Below are positions 1 to 15,492 of a stretch of DNA of 64,000 nucleotides, piece by piece. How positions within the stretch are numbered: position 1 is the first letter of the stretch; every line of letters starts with the position of its first letter. This DNA is from Monocercomonoides exilis PA203 (Eukaryota > Protista > Preaxostyla), in the NCBI GenBank assembly GCA_001643675.2, contig LSRY02000068.1, forward strand, positions 191,433 to 255,432, given 5' to 3'. The notes beneath the pieces are model-generated. The model was given only the letters and a program-made list of their open reading frames with translations. It was not told the DNA's origin and made no database searches. Made by a program: the position numbers and the translations under genes.

Positions 1-3000
1 CGATGTGTTGCCATTTACAAATCGAATTGGCTGGATGCTGACAGAAGAAGCGATGAAGAAAAGAAGCAAGACGAAATCGAGAAGCAGCTTCAAAAGGAAG
101 AACAGAAGAAAAAGAAAGCCGAAGAAGAAAAGAAAGAGGAACAAGATGCAATGGCAGCAATTCTGAGGAGTGAAGACGGAGCAGAAGCAGCAAGCTCGAC
201 TCTTCCTTTGACTTCGCTGATTTCGAGCATTGCAGCAACTGCAACATTTGCGCTAATTGACGTTTCCTATTTTATTCCCGAAAAGGAAGCATCGAAGAAG
301 AAGATGAGAACAATGCGAAAGAAAAGAGAGGAGATTGAAAAGTCGGAAATGAACGGAATAAACGCAACTGATACTGATGCTTCTCAAAGCACAGCAACAA
401 CAGACCTTCCATCAATAGGATCAACTGGCATTGATTCAGATGGCAATAAGAAAACAACAACATATCTTTCCTTAGCATCATTTGCAATCAGAGGCGTGAC
501 AGCTGCTTTTTGTCAATATACTCTACCACAGAAATACGATGAGAAAGAAGATGAGAAAGAAGCAAATGATCAAATGAGTTCATCATCTGAAGAAGCCTTG
601 TCCAAAAAGCAAAAACATATTCATCAAAAATACGTTTCCATGGTTGCATCTGCAAAGATAGACGACATTCTTTTGTCTCTTTCTTTGCCATTTGCATCTG
701 CTGTGTCTGTTGATCCTTCCTCTGCGCATGTGCATTGCATCTCAGCCTCTTCTTCAGCTTCGTCGTCTTCTTCCATCTCTTCAATGTCATCTTCATCAGT
801 TGTGTCTTGTATGAGTCGTTATCTGCCTTCTCCTCTTTTGACAGTCATCGGAATGTCTGCCCTTTCAGCCAATGTTACACAGTCTACAAATAAAGATATG
901 TCTGTCTACTTCACTTTAGGATCACTTTATGTAACTGACGAAATACAGAAACGGAAGAACAACCGGAGAAAGAAGATTTTCAGTCAACTTGGCGAAGGCA
1001 ATGCAATAAATGAGCTGCAGTTCACGATCACCCAATGCGAATACATTCTGGCACCATCTTTGAATCAGGCCATTCCGTTGGATTCTGTCATTCGACGTTC
1101 AAACAAAGTTAGCACATCAAAAGAAGAAGAAAATGCATCTGAACAACTTGAATCACTAAATGAAACAGACGTTATCAAAATGCTCCGCTATTTGGGAGTT
1201 GACAAATCGCTCTTCCTCAACTCTTCATTTGTCAGAACCAAAGCAAACATCCACCATCAGCCAACTCATCTGGATTCGATGGACTTCGTATCTGAGTGGA
1301 TCCCTCTTTTAAGGCCACTGGTTGTTTCAACAGCTAAAATGAAGTCTCCGTCGCTTCCTCCAGAAATAGAAGAGGTGACTCAAAATCTTTCAGAGATAAA
1401 AGAGAGAAGTAAAGATGATGAGTCTATTAAACTTTGGATGGAATGTTTGAAGAGATCGTATCAGGAAGAGAAAGAAGGAAGAGAAATGGAAGAAATCACA
1501 GATTTGAAGGAAGAAGAAGGAAATACAGATGAAAAGTTTGATCATTTTCTCGAAGTTTCTTATCAACAAATATCTGCGATCACGAACACAGCAATTGAAG
1601 AGAGAAAAAGAAAACAAGAGGCAGAATTAGAAAACAATGGAAGAAATGCTGCAGATGCTTCAAACGATTTATCACTTTCACAGAATTCAATGACTACAAC
1701 TTCTGTTTCATCAGCCACAACAACAACACCTCAGTCAGAATCGAATCATTTACCTCTAAAAACATCAGAGTCATTGCAGATAATCGATGGAGCCCTTCAA
1801 AATGTTGTTGTTAATGCAAAAAGTGGAATGGTTGCACTTCTTCTTCAGTGGGCACAGTACGCTCAAGTTTCTGTTCCGATGGAAGCAATCAAATCTATTT
1901 CATCTACTCCAGTTGATGACAAAACGAAAGAGAAAGAAGAAGAGATTAAAGAAAATTCCAAAAAGGAAGTCGAGCAAATTAAGTCTGAACAGAAGAACAG
2001 TTGTCTGAAGCTGAAAGTCTCGTTCTCTTCTCTTCACGTGTTTCTGCATCATCGACTGCGCCCGTTGGCTCTTCTTTCTCTCACGCACATAACAGCAGAC
2101 TATCTCCAGACACACACATTGATGTCTGCCTCAGCCACACTCAACTCAATGGATGTATTTGACTTGGATTCGAAGCAGAACTCGATCTTTCTTTGTGACG
2201 ACACCACGCTCCATCCATCGACATGCGCTCCGTATAGTTTCCCTCACATTCTGTCATTCTCTTCCACAAATGAATACTCCAATGCTTTCACTGCTGCCTA
2301 TCAGAAGTTTGAGAGAAGCGATGATCCAAGATGCTTAGAAGTTTACAGGGGCATTGACACTGAAATAACACTCCGTTCCTCTTCTCTTCGATTGCTTGCG
2401 ACTGGCTCATTTATTTCTCGGATTCTTCAGTGGGTCTCAACAATGCAAACAAAATTATCGAAAATTGGAATGACGAAGAGCAATGAACAAGGAGCAATAG
2501 ATTTATCAGGCAATCAAAAAACACAACCAATCTCCATTGCTTCCGACAAGCAGAATGAATCATTCAGTTCCTCTGCCTCAGAAACAGGGGCATCCGAGAC
2601 AACTGATTTATCTTCGCTGTCTCTTGTGTCTGACAAGCCTGACGCCAAAGAAAGGAATATTTTGAAAGAGAAACTTAAAGAAGAAGCAATTGAGAAGAGG
2701 AAGAAAGCAAAAGAAGAAAGAAGAATCCAAATGGAAAAGAAGCTGAAAGAAGAAGAGGAAAAGCTGAAAAAGAAGGAAAAGCAAAAAGAAGAGAAAAGCG
2801 AGAAGCCACCTCCGATTATGAAACTGGATGTGATTATTGAAAGTCCGATGATTCTTGTTCCTTCTCCGTCGAACTCGCGAGAATTGCTTGTTGTGGAGAT
2901 TGGCTCGATGGGAGTGAAGACGGCACATCGGGTGATGCCAAAGGCAGAAGTGGCAGAAAAGGAGAAGCGAAGGGAGAAAGAGATCGAAGAAGATGTGGAG

Positions 3001-6000
3001 CGAGCCAATGCAGCCAAGAAGAAGATCAATGAGCTGCTTGATAGCAAACAGGATGGAATCAAATTTGAAAGCGAAGATGTTGTTTCTCAAAAGCGACGCA
3101 AATTGCACAGATGGAAAGCCGTTTTGGACAAGCCATCTATTTTGCTGGATGAAGAGATCACTTCATCTTCGCTGAATTCGTCGCTTTGGCTTCTTCCAGA
3201 CGGACATCTGAATCCGAATTATGGAGAAAGAGTGAAGGAGAACATTCATGTTTTGCTCAACAATACTTCCATCACTCGTGTTCTGATTGATTTTGACCAT
3301 CCTCTTTTCTTAACAACATTCAACATGCGCGATTCGTTTCTGTCTTCTTCTGCTGCTTCGTTCTTTCAGAGTGCTGCTTCATCAACATTTACGCCAGCCA
3401 TTGTGACTGTCGGAGCACAAGACTTGTCTGTTGCTCCTCAGCCGCTTTATTGTCTTCCAAGTGCGCCATCTCAACTGCCCCAAGCAGAACTTGCTTCTTC
3501 TTCTTCTTCTTCTTCTGCTCTTGCACAGCAATCTCCTCCATTTTCATCTGTGCCACTAAGTTTGCCTGACGCATCATCTTCAGCAACCATTTCAGCAGTT
3601 TCAACATTCGAAGCACAACCCTCAGTTACTTTTGCTTCAATTGCTGCTCTTCTCTCATCCTCTCCACAATACTCTCCACTCATCACTCAGAAGGAGTCTT
3701 TTCTCTTTGACTTTGGAATGAAGTGCTGTTTGTCGCGTAACATTCGTCCGAATGCTGCGATGAATGCTGGAAAGCCTCAGATGCTTGTTGCTGTGAACAC
3801 TGACCCTGTTCTGTTGTCGATGAATCCAAATCACATTCGTCTGTTCTCTTTGATTCTCAAAGCATACAATGATGCCACACAAACAGATGAGAAAAAGAAA
3901 AAAGATGAAGAAGAGAAGAAGAAGGCTGAGGCAAAAGCAGAAAGGAAAAAGAGAGTAGAGGAATTGGGAATAGAAGATGATGACACAATAAGAGATGAGT
4001 TGGAAGCTGCTGAGCACAACGAGGAAGAAGCAGCAATGTCTTCTATGCGCACAGCATCCTACTTCAATCGCATTAAGGAGAAAATCAAAGTAGCTGAAGA
4101 GAAAGGGCGATTTAAATCACTGTCGATGGCTATCACCGCAGAGGTTCCACTTATTGCGATGGTGCTACACGACGATGATGCGTTGCATGTGAGACAAGAA
4201 GCGCACACAGAACTGATTGTGAAGTCGCTGCGGTACAAGCAGACTTCGTGGGTTGATGGAGAAAGACTTCTGACTGTTGGGGTGGGAGACATGTGGATGA
4301 AGGACGTCAGAGGAACACCAACAGAGGAATATTCATTCCCAGCTGCTGTGTCTTCACCTTCTTCTTATCCTTCTTGTCTGCAATCACCAAATGCTTCATT
4401 CGACACTCTTTCATCGTCGCCATCTCAACTCAACTCAAATAACTCTTCACCAACACCTCTTCTTGTTGAACCAACCAGTCCGTCCAATGCAGATCCTAAC
4501 TTTGACTCAAACGGCTCATCTTCTCCTTTTGCTGCTGCTCAACCATCTTCTCAACAGCCTTATGCACCGCCGTCAACATCCTCTGGATTCACATTCACGC
4601 CAATGACTCATTCATCTGTGTTTGGCTCTCCAATGTCTGTTACTATTCCTCAACCGTCTCCAAATACAAATGAATTGAAACTTGCATATTCTTCTGTTAT
4701 TAGAAAGATTATCTCATTCATTCCAGTCGACACAAATGCAGACAGTGGTTCAAGCAGCAACAACAGAAATTGCTCAAATGGAAGCGAGGATGTGATTGTA
4801 TTTTCGATGTTCACCGATCTTACAGGAAGCAATTCGATGTCTGTGAGTGTGTATCAACCAGTTATAAACGCTAACACAGAATATTTGAAAGATTTTATGG
4901 ATTATTACGATGCACTGATGCAAATGTTCTCCCCAAATGATGGAAATGCTAAAGACGATGGCGAGAAATCTCACAACAAAGATGCAAAGAACAACAAAAA
5001 CAGAAAAATTAACAAAAATAATTCATCGAAAGGCAATGTAGTTCCAGCTGGGTTTGCTTCGATCGACAAGGCGGATGGAAAAAAGAGTGAAACAAAAGAC
5101 AAACAAGTTAAAAAAAGTCCAAATATCCGAAAACCATTTTTCAGTGAAAAAGATGCGTTTGCCACAAAGTTATGCTCAACATTGATTTGTGGCACGCCAT
5201 CAAGGCTGGATGAATATATATTTTTCGTGGAGCTGATTGGAGCAGCAATGTGGGAGCATTCGATGGAGAGTTCAGAACGAGAAAAGCGTAAAAAGCAGAA
5301 GGAATTGCTGATGAAATTGTCGCAAGCTGAAAAGGAAAAGAAAGAAAGCGAAGAAGATGAAAGCGATTCCGATGACGATGAAAGTGATAGTAGCGACAGT
5401 AGCGACAGTAGTGATAGCAGTGAAAGCGATTCAGAAGACGAGAAAAAACCTGCTTCACGTGCTTCATCATCATCATCATCAACTTCTGCATCCTTAAACA
5501 AGGGCACAACTCCGAAATCTGAGTCAATTAAAAAGAAAGAGCAGGTAGATGCTCAGAAAGAGAACAATCGTCTATCAATTGTGCCAGCATCAAAAACTTT
5601 ATCCGCCTCGTCTGCTAATTCTGTCTCATCTGAGCCAGCTCTTTCTGGTTCTGCTCCGAATGGAATGAGAATGCACATTTCTTTGACGAATGCTGTTGTT
5701 CTTGTTCCACAGCGGTTCGACTACAAACGTGCTCCTCTGCTCTATATGACGTTTGGAGCAACAATCGACTTCTTCAGCGGTCCACCGTTGATGACAGAGA
5801 AGAGGCAGCTGTGCAACACTGAGTTTACGCATTGTTCTGTGGAGCTGTGCAGATTGTTCCCAGACTGGCCAATTCTCTTCATATTCCCTCAAATGCTAGG
5901 CAGCTCGCAAGTGTTTTTGAACACACTTATGTCGAAAAGAAAGAATAAGAACAACGACCTAAATTCAAATGGGGATGAAAATGAAAATTCATCATCATCA

Positions 6001-9000
6001 TCATCTTCTTCTTCTTCTTCTGATCTAAATGAGTTGGGATATGGCACTTATGAGCAGATACCTCCACTAAAGAGCAATGAGCCAGAGACAGACGAAAGCA
6101 TTATGTGGCGTTCGCTGCAATTTCCTGTGATTCGCCAGCCGAAGAATCGAACGGGAGTTGAAAGGGCAACCTCTCATTCTTCTTTGCAATCTTCATCAAG
6201 CAATGAAAGTCAGTGCCAATACAATCATGCAGTTGATGAATCAGTCAGAAGCGAAATGTCTGTTTGCGCAACGATTGATTCGCTCTGCCTCGGAATTGCT
6301 CATCCTCTGAGAGAGATTTCTTCAATGCAATTGAGTAACAATACAAATCTGTCATCCTTTTCGCAGCTAATCCAGCCACCGCAGGATTTGATGATCAACA
6401 GCTTCAGTGTGGAAGCCAACTACACGCAATTCACTCTCAACACTGGTGCTTCATCATCTTCTTCGTCTGCTGCTGTCCAATCTTCATTAGGAACAGATCT
6501 GACTCTGAAGCACAAGACGAAGATTATTGCAGAAAGCACAATTCCTCTCAGACACATCAAAATAGAGACATTAACACCACTGAGAATGGAGATGTATTTG
6601 AGAGAAATCAAAGAAGCCATGAAAATATACAACACAGCAATGGGAGAGTGGAACAAGGAATATGAACCATATCACATGCCTACAGAAATGAGCATATCTT
6701 CATCACAATCAGCATCAGCATCAGCATCAGCATCGTCTTCTTCTTCAGCTACTTCTTCGAATAATGTTGCATCAGACACACCAACTTCTCATTCATCTCT
6801 TTCCTATCCAAACCTTTATAAAACGAAGATGAAGAGATGCTTCAAAGCGTTCGTTGATCTTTCTGAAGAAGAAACTTCTGAAATGTCTCTTTCAGCAATT
6901 TCATCGAATGAGATTGGAGACAAAGGATCATATGCCTTCAGCTCTTCAGAGATATCTTCTGATCAGACTAGCAAAATCTCTTCATTTTCTGCTTTTGCTC
7001 CACCTTCCTCTTCTCCAGGAGCATCGTCTTCGCTTTCTTCTTCTGTTCTTTCTGCCTTTGAGAACGACCTGGCCCTGACACAAGATTCAGTCACGACTGA
7101 TCTGCTATACGAGTCACTACCGCATGATGCTGTTAGATTGGACAAGTTGACAAGAGAAGCCATTGCGAAGAAAGAGAAAGAAGAGAAGAAGAAGAAGAAG
7201 GCGGAGAAAGTGAAAGTGAAGAGGCAGAAGAAGAGAATGAAGGAAGCAAAGCACAAACAGAAGAGATCGACAATATTGAAAGACGGATATCCAGACGATT
7301 GGGACGGATCAAACGAAGATGAATGGGGTGACGATGACGAATACGTGCGGAACTACAAAAAGATCACTGGCAATGGAAAGAGAGAAGACAGCAGCGACGA
7401 AGATTCAGAGGATGAAGTAGACGAATTTGACTATTTGGAAGAGACAGAAGAGGAGAGGAGCATCAGAAAGGACTTCATCAGACGAGCGTGGATTGAGCTG
7501 AAGAGGCGGTGCTTGGCGGTTGTGCCGAACTCGTGTCTGCATGTGGCTGCCCACTTCACTGGAATCAACGCTGTCATTGTGAACGATGCCGTGTCACCAC
7601 TTCCGCTTTTCAGGCTGCTGATTGGAGAGACTCAGGCAGTATATTCGCAGGAGTCTGAAAAGAGACGGCTGACGAACGAAGGGAAGCTGATGTGGATTGC
7701 ATGGAGAAAGGAGAACTTCCCTGAAGATGCCGATGCAAACGAGGATTATTCTCTTTCTGCTCTTCAAAATCAAACTTCTTCACCATCACCTTCTTCTTCT
7801 TCGGCTTCATCAACTGCAATTGTCACTTCTTCCACAACATCAAACAGCGGATCTGAACGTCTATCGAAGAAACGACGCTATCTCCGCCCCCCTCCTCTTC
7901 CAGGCACATTCACAAGGCTCTTCGCACAAGTTGACACGATCATCTCAGTCAACTTCTTCAACGACTTGAGAATGTCATTCGAGCCGTTTTTGGAGCCTCT
8001 TGCGCTTTCTGTGCGGATGAACCCCTCAATTTCTCCGTCAATGTCTCTTTCTGTTGCCTCTTCTGATGTGTGGAACTTCAACATCACATCTCCATTTGTC
8101 GCATCGCTTGTCACGCTCATAAATGCATTCACTGCTAAAACAGAAGAAGAGAAGGCGATGGAGGAAATAAAGCGAAAGAGGAAGAAGGCCAAGGCCAGAG
8201 AACGATTGATGTCTCATCATGCACTTACAGATGGGTCATCGCAGCCATCTTTATCAAATGCAACTTCAACCAAAGCCAAATCAGCAACTGTTGAAGATGA
8301 AGAAGAAGAGGAAAGATTGGCAAGAGAGCAGTTGGAAAAGGAAAGAGAAAAGAGAAACGAGAAAAAGAGTCATTCACACAAAAAGCAGCTGACACTTGAA
8401 TCAAAAATAAAGCGAGATTCACTTAATTTAAGTGCTCATATTTCACATTCACCGATTTCTCACTCACCTCTCCATTCTCCTTTGCATTCACCTGGAAACT
8501 CCATCATTCCGCAAAAAGTGTCTCCATCAACAGAATCTTTGTCGTCTCAAATTTCTGTTGCATCACAAAAATCTTCTGTTGCCTCTGCTTTGAGTTCTTC
8601 CTCTAAACAGCCGGCAGCCAGTGAGGTGACTCCATTTATTGTCTACAATCGCTCAGGCAAAAGTGTTGATCTCATATTCCCTTCATTTGCCACTCCTCAC
8701 CCTGTTTTCGCTGCGTCGTCACTGAGAGGAGGTGAGCGTGTTGTTGGGAACATTCAAGAAATAAAAACAACTCCTGTTGCAGCTTCTCCTTCTTCCGTAC
8801 ATGGTCAGTTACAAAGACTTCCTGCCCCACAATCATCATCAAGCAGTGAAAAGCCTTCTTCGACCTCTGCATTAACTGCTTCTATTTCATCTGCGATTTC
8901 ATCGACTCCTCGATCACAGCAGGAATATTTGACAGAAACTGTTCCAGACAACTCGTCCATTCCGTTTGACATTCCGTGGATTCCGTTTTCTGATTCCACA

Positions 9001-9302
9001 CTCCGCCAGAACCAGAATCAGAGCAAGCGCAGCTCCTCTTCGTCGACTGTAATTCCTGTGAATATTGCAATTGATGGCTTCGACATGCTTCCACCTCTAA
9101 ATCTTGCTCGCCCATTTGTTGCGGCGTATATGCTCAGACAGGACAAAAGAGAAACTGGGCTTGTTGTTCGACTTGAGAACTTTGTAATGTGCGGACGGAG
9201 AGTACTTTTAATCAACAGCACAAAAACATTCTCGAACAAGACAACACTCCCTGTGCTTGTAACATTGGAGAAATACCAAACAAATTTGCAGCAAAACACA
9301 AG

Positions 9303-9336
<34 letters not shown>

Positions 9337-12300
9337 AATCTATCAACATCAAGTGACTCGACCAAATGGACAAAGCAAGTCCTTCCTGGTGATACACTTT
9401 TCATTCCAATTGAGCACAGCTTCTCTCATCTGAGCGTCACTCCTATCCATGGATCGCTCTTTGAGGCTAAAGGGCATTTCACCCAATGGAGTGCCACTCC
9501 ACCTGTACCAGTGACAAGTATGGACGAAGGTGCCTGCATAATGCTCCTTTCTTCAGCAAAAGGCCCTTCTGTTGTCAACCCGTCGTATTCGATCAACCAG
9601 GAAGAAGGAGACCAGACTGCTCATGTTGAGGACACTGTTCAACAGACAGTCACAGCAACTTTTGCTCTCTCTTCTCGTGTTCTTCCTTCGTCTTCTGTGA
9701 AAAACGCACTTTTGCACGAAACGGCTGCTGCATCCGACGACGAAAAGGAGATTGCAGAACCAAAGACTCCGGAGCAGCGAGAAGAGGAAATACGGCTTCA
9801 AAGAGAAGAAGACAACATGGAAGAAGAACAGGTAAGCGCAAAAATTGGGATGAATGACATGTCATTTGCGCCTCCGTTTGACGAGTTGGATCATCTTATC
9901 ACACGAAATCAGTCGAAGGAGAAGTCTGTAAATGCCTCTTCGCCTTCTTCTGTGTTTCATGCAATCAGCCTCAAACCCCAATGCAATCCTGCTGATGGCA
10001 CAAAAGATAAAGACAAGGAAAAAGGAAAAGGAAAGAAGCAAAAAGAAGAAACTGCAAACGCAAGACAAATTCAACAATCGACTCCATTTGCTTCTCATTT
10101 CTTCAGCTCAGATGTCATTCAGATTATTCTATCTCCTCCTTTGGTTGTCACAAACACTCTTCCTCTACAGATCGCATTCAAACTTCAAGAAAAAGAGATT
10201 TCTGTGCAAAAAGCCAAAAATAACTCTCAAAAGAAAAGAAGCACTCATAACGACACAGAAAGTCATAGTTCAAAGCAGGCAATAATTGAGCATCCACCTC
10301 ATTTGATGTTTCCTGGCAGATTTCTACCATTTTATCATTTTGATCTTCAAAGAGAAATATCCGGAAGCATCGCTTTTCCGCAGCTAAAGGCAAAGCAAGC
10401 AGAAGCAGCCGAGCTTTTGGCATCTGTTGGCACATCCAACAAGAATTCAGGAGAAACAGCATCAACTCCAAACTCCGAGAACAAAAATGGAAATATTGTA
10501 TCAACAAATGCACCTGCAACATATCAGCCAATCTTCGCACCTCCTTCTGATCCGATCTTTGATCCTTCTTCAAACTCTTCCTCTTCTTCCACCAATTCAT
10601 CTGATTCATCTTCATCTTCATCTTCATCTTCATCGACATCAAACACCGAAAACGAGAAGACGTTCTTTGTTTATCCAGAGCCTGAGGAATTCGATCTTAT
10701 CAATGCCCAATATTCTCCTTCTGTTGTCCTCTTCAGTGGAGACGTGCCATCGCTTTATGTTCCATTGTCACCTGAAAGTTGTGAGGCAATTACTCGCATT
10801 GAGCTAAATGGAATGCATTTGCTGGTAAAGAACAGGTTCTATAGAAGTGGATCTCGAATTATCAAGTTTAATACTCCATTCTGGATCGTTAACAGAACCA
10901 ATATTCCATTACTGTGCGTTCAGGAGAAGACGCCGCATGGAGACTATCTTTATGCACCTGGAAAATTGCCTTTTGTCCGCTCGCTTGTGAATCAAGAACG
11001 TATTCTGCGGCTGAAGAGCGAAGAGGAAGACAGAATTGCAGAAGATTTCTGGAGAAGCGAGAAAACGAGTGCAATTGCAGAGAAGCTTGCTGCTGAACCG
11101 AATGGAGAAGAGGACGAGAGAGGAGAATCATTCAGAGCTGATTATATGAGACAAGATCAGTCCGATGAAACAAACGGAAAAAATAAAAAAGAAATAGAAG
11201 AATCTACAGAACTACTCGGAAGAGCAAGAGCATTGGGAGCAAAAGTGAAGCCACTTCCTGCAGCAACGCTCCTTCCATTTACTTATTTGAATGACAAGCA
11301 GCAGTCTGAAATGCTGACCTCTTTTGCATTAGCTGAAACATGCGATCCATCCGATCCTTTCTTCAAAAGACGCGACCACAAACCAATCAAAACTCAGCCA
11401 ATTTCGTTTGACAATCTGAATGGAACAAGTGAGATATCACTTAGACGCAAAGATGGCACTCAAACAGTCTTTTGCGTCACAACCCGAACGGCAGCTGCGC
11501 CATTTGACGAAGTTACAATTGTTTCACTTACGCCGCAGCTTGTTATTTCGTCAAGATACGAGAATTACTCAATATGGATGAGAGAGTACCAGCCAGGTTC
11601 GGAGTCTTACAGAAGGGTATCCTTTGTCTCAGATGATCAAATGCCTGATTCCGCTAAAAGTCTTGTGTCGGATAAATCTTCTTCACCTTCCTCCTCCTCC
11701 TCCTCTTCTTCTTCTTCTTCAAGCGAAAGCAATCAGCTTTCTCTCTTTGAGCGTTATGCTCAGGTGGCGGCTGGTGATTCCAAGGCTTTGCTTCTTCTAC
11801 CAAAATCTGCTCCACTTTCATTTGAATGGCCGAATCATTCGAAAGATTCGCTTGAAAAGAAGCTTGTGCAATTTGCACTGGTGACAGACATATTTAATGA
11901 TCCGAACAGAGCCAACGAACTCAGAAGAGATGGCTCAGATGGACTCAATCCTTCCTCATCAGCAAGCTCAATGCCTTCAACTTGTGTTTCTTTTGAAGGG
12001 ATTCCATTTTACAGCCCCAGACAACTTTTCTGGTCAGGCCCTGTTCCGCTTGATGCTGAAGGAGACCATGCGCTGTTTATTGTCGATCCACAGCGAACAG
12101 ACTATCCACACACACTGAACATCCACATCAGACACCATCCAGCCACGAAAGGACTGGAGGCAGTGTTGTCTCCTGAATCAATCTCTCTCGTGAACGCTGA
12201 AGAGGAAGGAGCGAGCAAAAAAGAGAAAAGTGATGCTCCATCAAATGGAAGAGGAGTTGACGATAAAAAGGACGAGAATGAAAATCTTATGAAACCACAA

Positions 12301-15300
12301 CAGCGTCTTGAAACACGTTACGCAATCATCAACAAAACTGCGTTCCCGCTAACAGTTGTGCAATCCTGTTTGGCATCACTTCCTTCTGCAACTTTGGATG
12401 CTGTTGAAAACATTAACTTACGCGTCATTCCACAAAAACTCGAAAATGGCTTGACTTCTTGCGTTCTCCGTGTCCCTCCGTTCACAAGAGTACCCTTTGC
12501 GTGGTTTGACTGCTGTGAAAAGAAGGAGATTGTTGTGTACTTCACAGGAACAGAGGAGAAAAGAGAATATGCGTTTGGTGAAATGAAGGACTTTGGTGCC
12601 ATTACTCTAACAAGACCACTTTCACAGGTTGCTCTTTTGCACGAAGACAAAAGGAAATCCATTCAAACAACGTCATCTCCACAGACAGCTATGATGAAAA
12701 AACAGAGAGAAGACTTTATTACAGAACGAGTATATATTTCTGCCTTTCCAATCGGAATTTCGTTCGTGATGTCTGCTTCTTACCACGAAAAAAGCGCAAA
12801 AACGTCTCAGTTTGAGCGCCTTGAAAGAGCAGAACGGAGGCAGCTGCAGCTGAGAGCAGCAGCAATCGCAGCCTCGATGAAAAAGTCTTTCAAGCGCAGA
12901 ATTTTGGAACTCGAGCGAAAGAAGCTTCTGGAAGAGAAGGCAAAGGAAATGGAAGACAGTTCAGATGACGATAGCGACGATAGCTCTGAAGATGAAAGCA
13001 ATCAACGAATGAAAAATCTTAGTGAAGAACAGAAAGTGAATATAAAGAAAGAGCAAAATGCAGAAGCACTTCCAAATGCTCCTGTAACAACGCTTATGAC
13101 AGCTGCTGGAATCACAGATGATTCGCAAACTGCTCTAACAGAATCAACGAATTCAGCAGCATTTCTAGACGACGCTGTTCAATCTCCACAAATCTTTGAA
13201 AGCAATGGAAAGAAATCTGAATTTATTAAAGAAGGAGAAGAGGCAAGTGATACAGAAGAAGAATATGATGAAGATGATGAAGATGATGATGAACTGTATG
13301 CACCACTTTCACAGGTGAAGCCGATGCAAGTAATTCTTGGACTAGCTGGATTTGGATTCTCATTCAACACTTCTGGGTCGGTGGATCTTTTCCAGCCGAA
13401 GCGTCCTGAAGAGTTGATGTTCTTCTCGATGGGAAAGATTTCGCTGAGCTACGTGAATACTGTAAAGACTATGTCTGTTGAAATGTCAATGAAGTCAATG
13501 CAACTGGATGATCAGAGCCTTTCTCCAGTGTATCCTGTTGTGATTGGAAGGGAGCAGGGCTCAACTGATGGCAATCAGTCGAGTGAAATACAGGAGAAGA
13601 TGAGAAAACGAGGTGGAAAAGAAAACGAAAGAAATCTGAAGCGAATGGAAAGCGGTGAAAGATCAAAGCAGATGCATAACAACATGGGAGACTCACAGCA
13701 GAATCCGATGATTTTCCTCACATTCATAACACAAAAAGGTGAGTCAAATATGATATTTGTGAAGATGTTCAGTATTCTCATCCAAACAATTGAAGTTGGC
13801 ATTAACGAAGAATTCCTCCTTCGCGTGGCGTCATTTGTGAAGGACGAGATTCTGCCGATAACTTCTCTGATGAACAAGAAATCCTCTTCTTCTTCTTCTC
13901 TCTCTTCACGCCTTGTAACACAAGAAGAAGACCATCATATTGTTTCCGCCAACATTAACGACTGTCTGGCTACTCTTCGTCTTGGTCGCACCTTCTCCTC
14001 CACTCCTTTCCAGCCTTCAATCACTTCTCTGCTTGCTGTTCGTGCACAGACACAGCTGAACGAGACGATGCCTCCGTCGCAGGTGAATGCTCAGTCAGCT
14101 GCAAAAAGATACATCTTTGGCGAGTTCGTCTTTTTGCAACCGATCCGCGTCTCTTTGTCTCTTTCTATTAGTGATATCTCCCGCTTTGGATCTTTTGGCG
14201 TGTTCAAGCCACTTCTTGGCCTCTCCACATCTCTTTTCTCACTTGACCACGCCAACATCGATCTGAATGCATTGTTTGTGATGAACCTGCATGGCGAAGT
14301 TAACGACATCGTCTCGCGCGTCAAGGGTCACTACATTGCCGAGGGAACGACTCAGATAATGAAGCTCCTTGGATCGCTGGAGCTGCTTGGAAATCCTCTT
14401 GGCTTCGTCTCCTCGCTTGGAACGGGAGTTGTGGGGATGTTCTATGAACCTGCAAAGGGAATAACGAAAGGACCAGGCGAATTCCTGAACGGGCTAAGGA
14501 AAGGAGGAACAAAGCTTATTCAGAACTCAGTGTTTGCGTTGTTTGGATCAGCAAGCAAGATCACAGGCACTTTGTCGCGTGGAATTGCGCAGCTGTCGAT
14601 GGACGATGAATACATCAGAGAAAGAAAGCAGCGTGCTGCACAAAGGAAACCAAAACATGTTCTTTCTGGAATAGCACAGGGATTTGTGGCGATGGGAGCA
14701 GGGATTGGAAAGGGGCTGGCAGGGATTGTTGTGCAGCCCATTAAAGGCGCACAGAAAGGAGGAGTGCTTGGATTCATGAAGGGAGTAGGGAAGGGTCTTG
14801 CTGGAGCGGTGGTACGTCCGACTGCCGGAGTGCTTGACTTGGCAACGATGACACTGAGTGGCATTCAGAACACAGGAAATCTTCTTGATGGAAGTAGCAG
14901 CGAAGGAGGAAGAGTACGACCTGTGCGAAATGTTCTGGCGAGCGGGCTTATAACGACATTTGATTGGGCAGCAAGCAAAGGATACGAATGTATGCTTCTC
15001 ACCGGGTTTGTCAGTCCAAAAGAGGAGCTTGTTTTGTTTGCACCTCTCAGCGTTCACACAGCATCAGAGTTTCTTGCATCGACTTCTATTCTGGGAAAAG
15101 AAAATGATGCACTTGTTATCACAACACACAGGCTGTTTCACATCACAACTGGAACATCGTTTTTGTACGATTTGAAGGCATCTGCTTCGTCTGGACCGTC
15201 CACTTCTCCCTCTGCTGCTGCGCGCAATTCATCTAATGAACAAGAATTTCATGTTGTCTCTTCTTCACTCGCAAACGTTACAGTCGATTGGCAGGTTCTT

Positions 15301-15492
15301 TTCCCTAACATAATGTGCGTTCATCTAACTCCATTGGGTGACCTTACTAAAACCAATGGATTTAATATAATGACGCTGAGAGTTAAAAGCCCCTCCACAC
15401 TAAAGAGAGCAACTGTACAAGAAAAAGAATTTAAAATTCTAAATAGAGAAGCAGCCGAAGAGATTCGAAAAGAGTTAATTAAGCGCTCATAA
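1..15492 (+). CDS. VPS13: VPS13-family bridge-like lipid transfer protein; 5'-partial, >5100 aa, single long exon in this window
   Basis: The frame of ORF 151..15492 is open back to base 1, so the gene starts upstream of the window. The C-terminus has the VPS13/ATG2_C signature (LGSLELLGNPLGFVSSLGTGV...FYEP...GLAGIVVQPIKGAQKGGVLGFMKGVGKGLAGAVVRPTAGVLD). It is preceded by APT1-like (EELMFFSM...QLDDQ...YPVVI) and VAB/SHR-BD-like repeats (PPLVVTNTLP, PFWIVNRT, YAIINKT) and followed by a PH-like tail. Confidence 0.93.
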
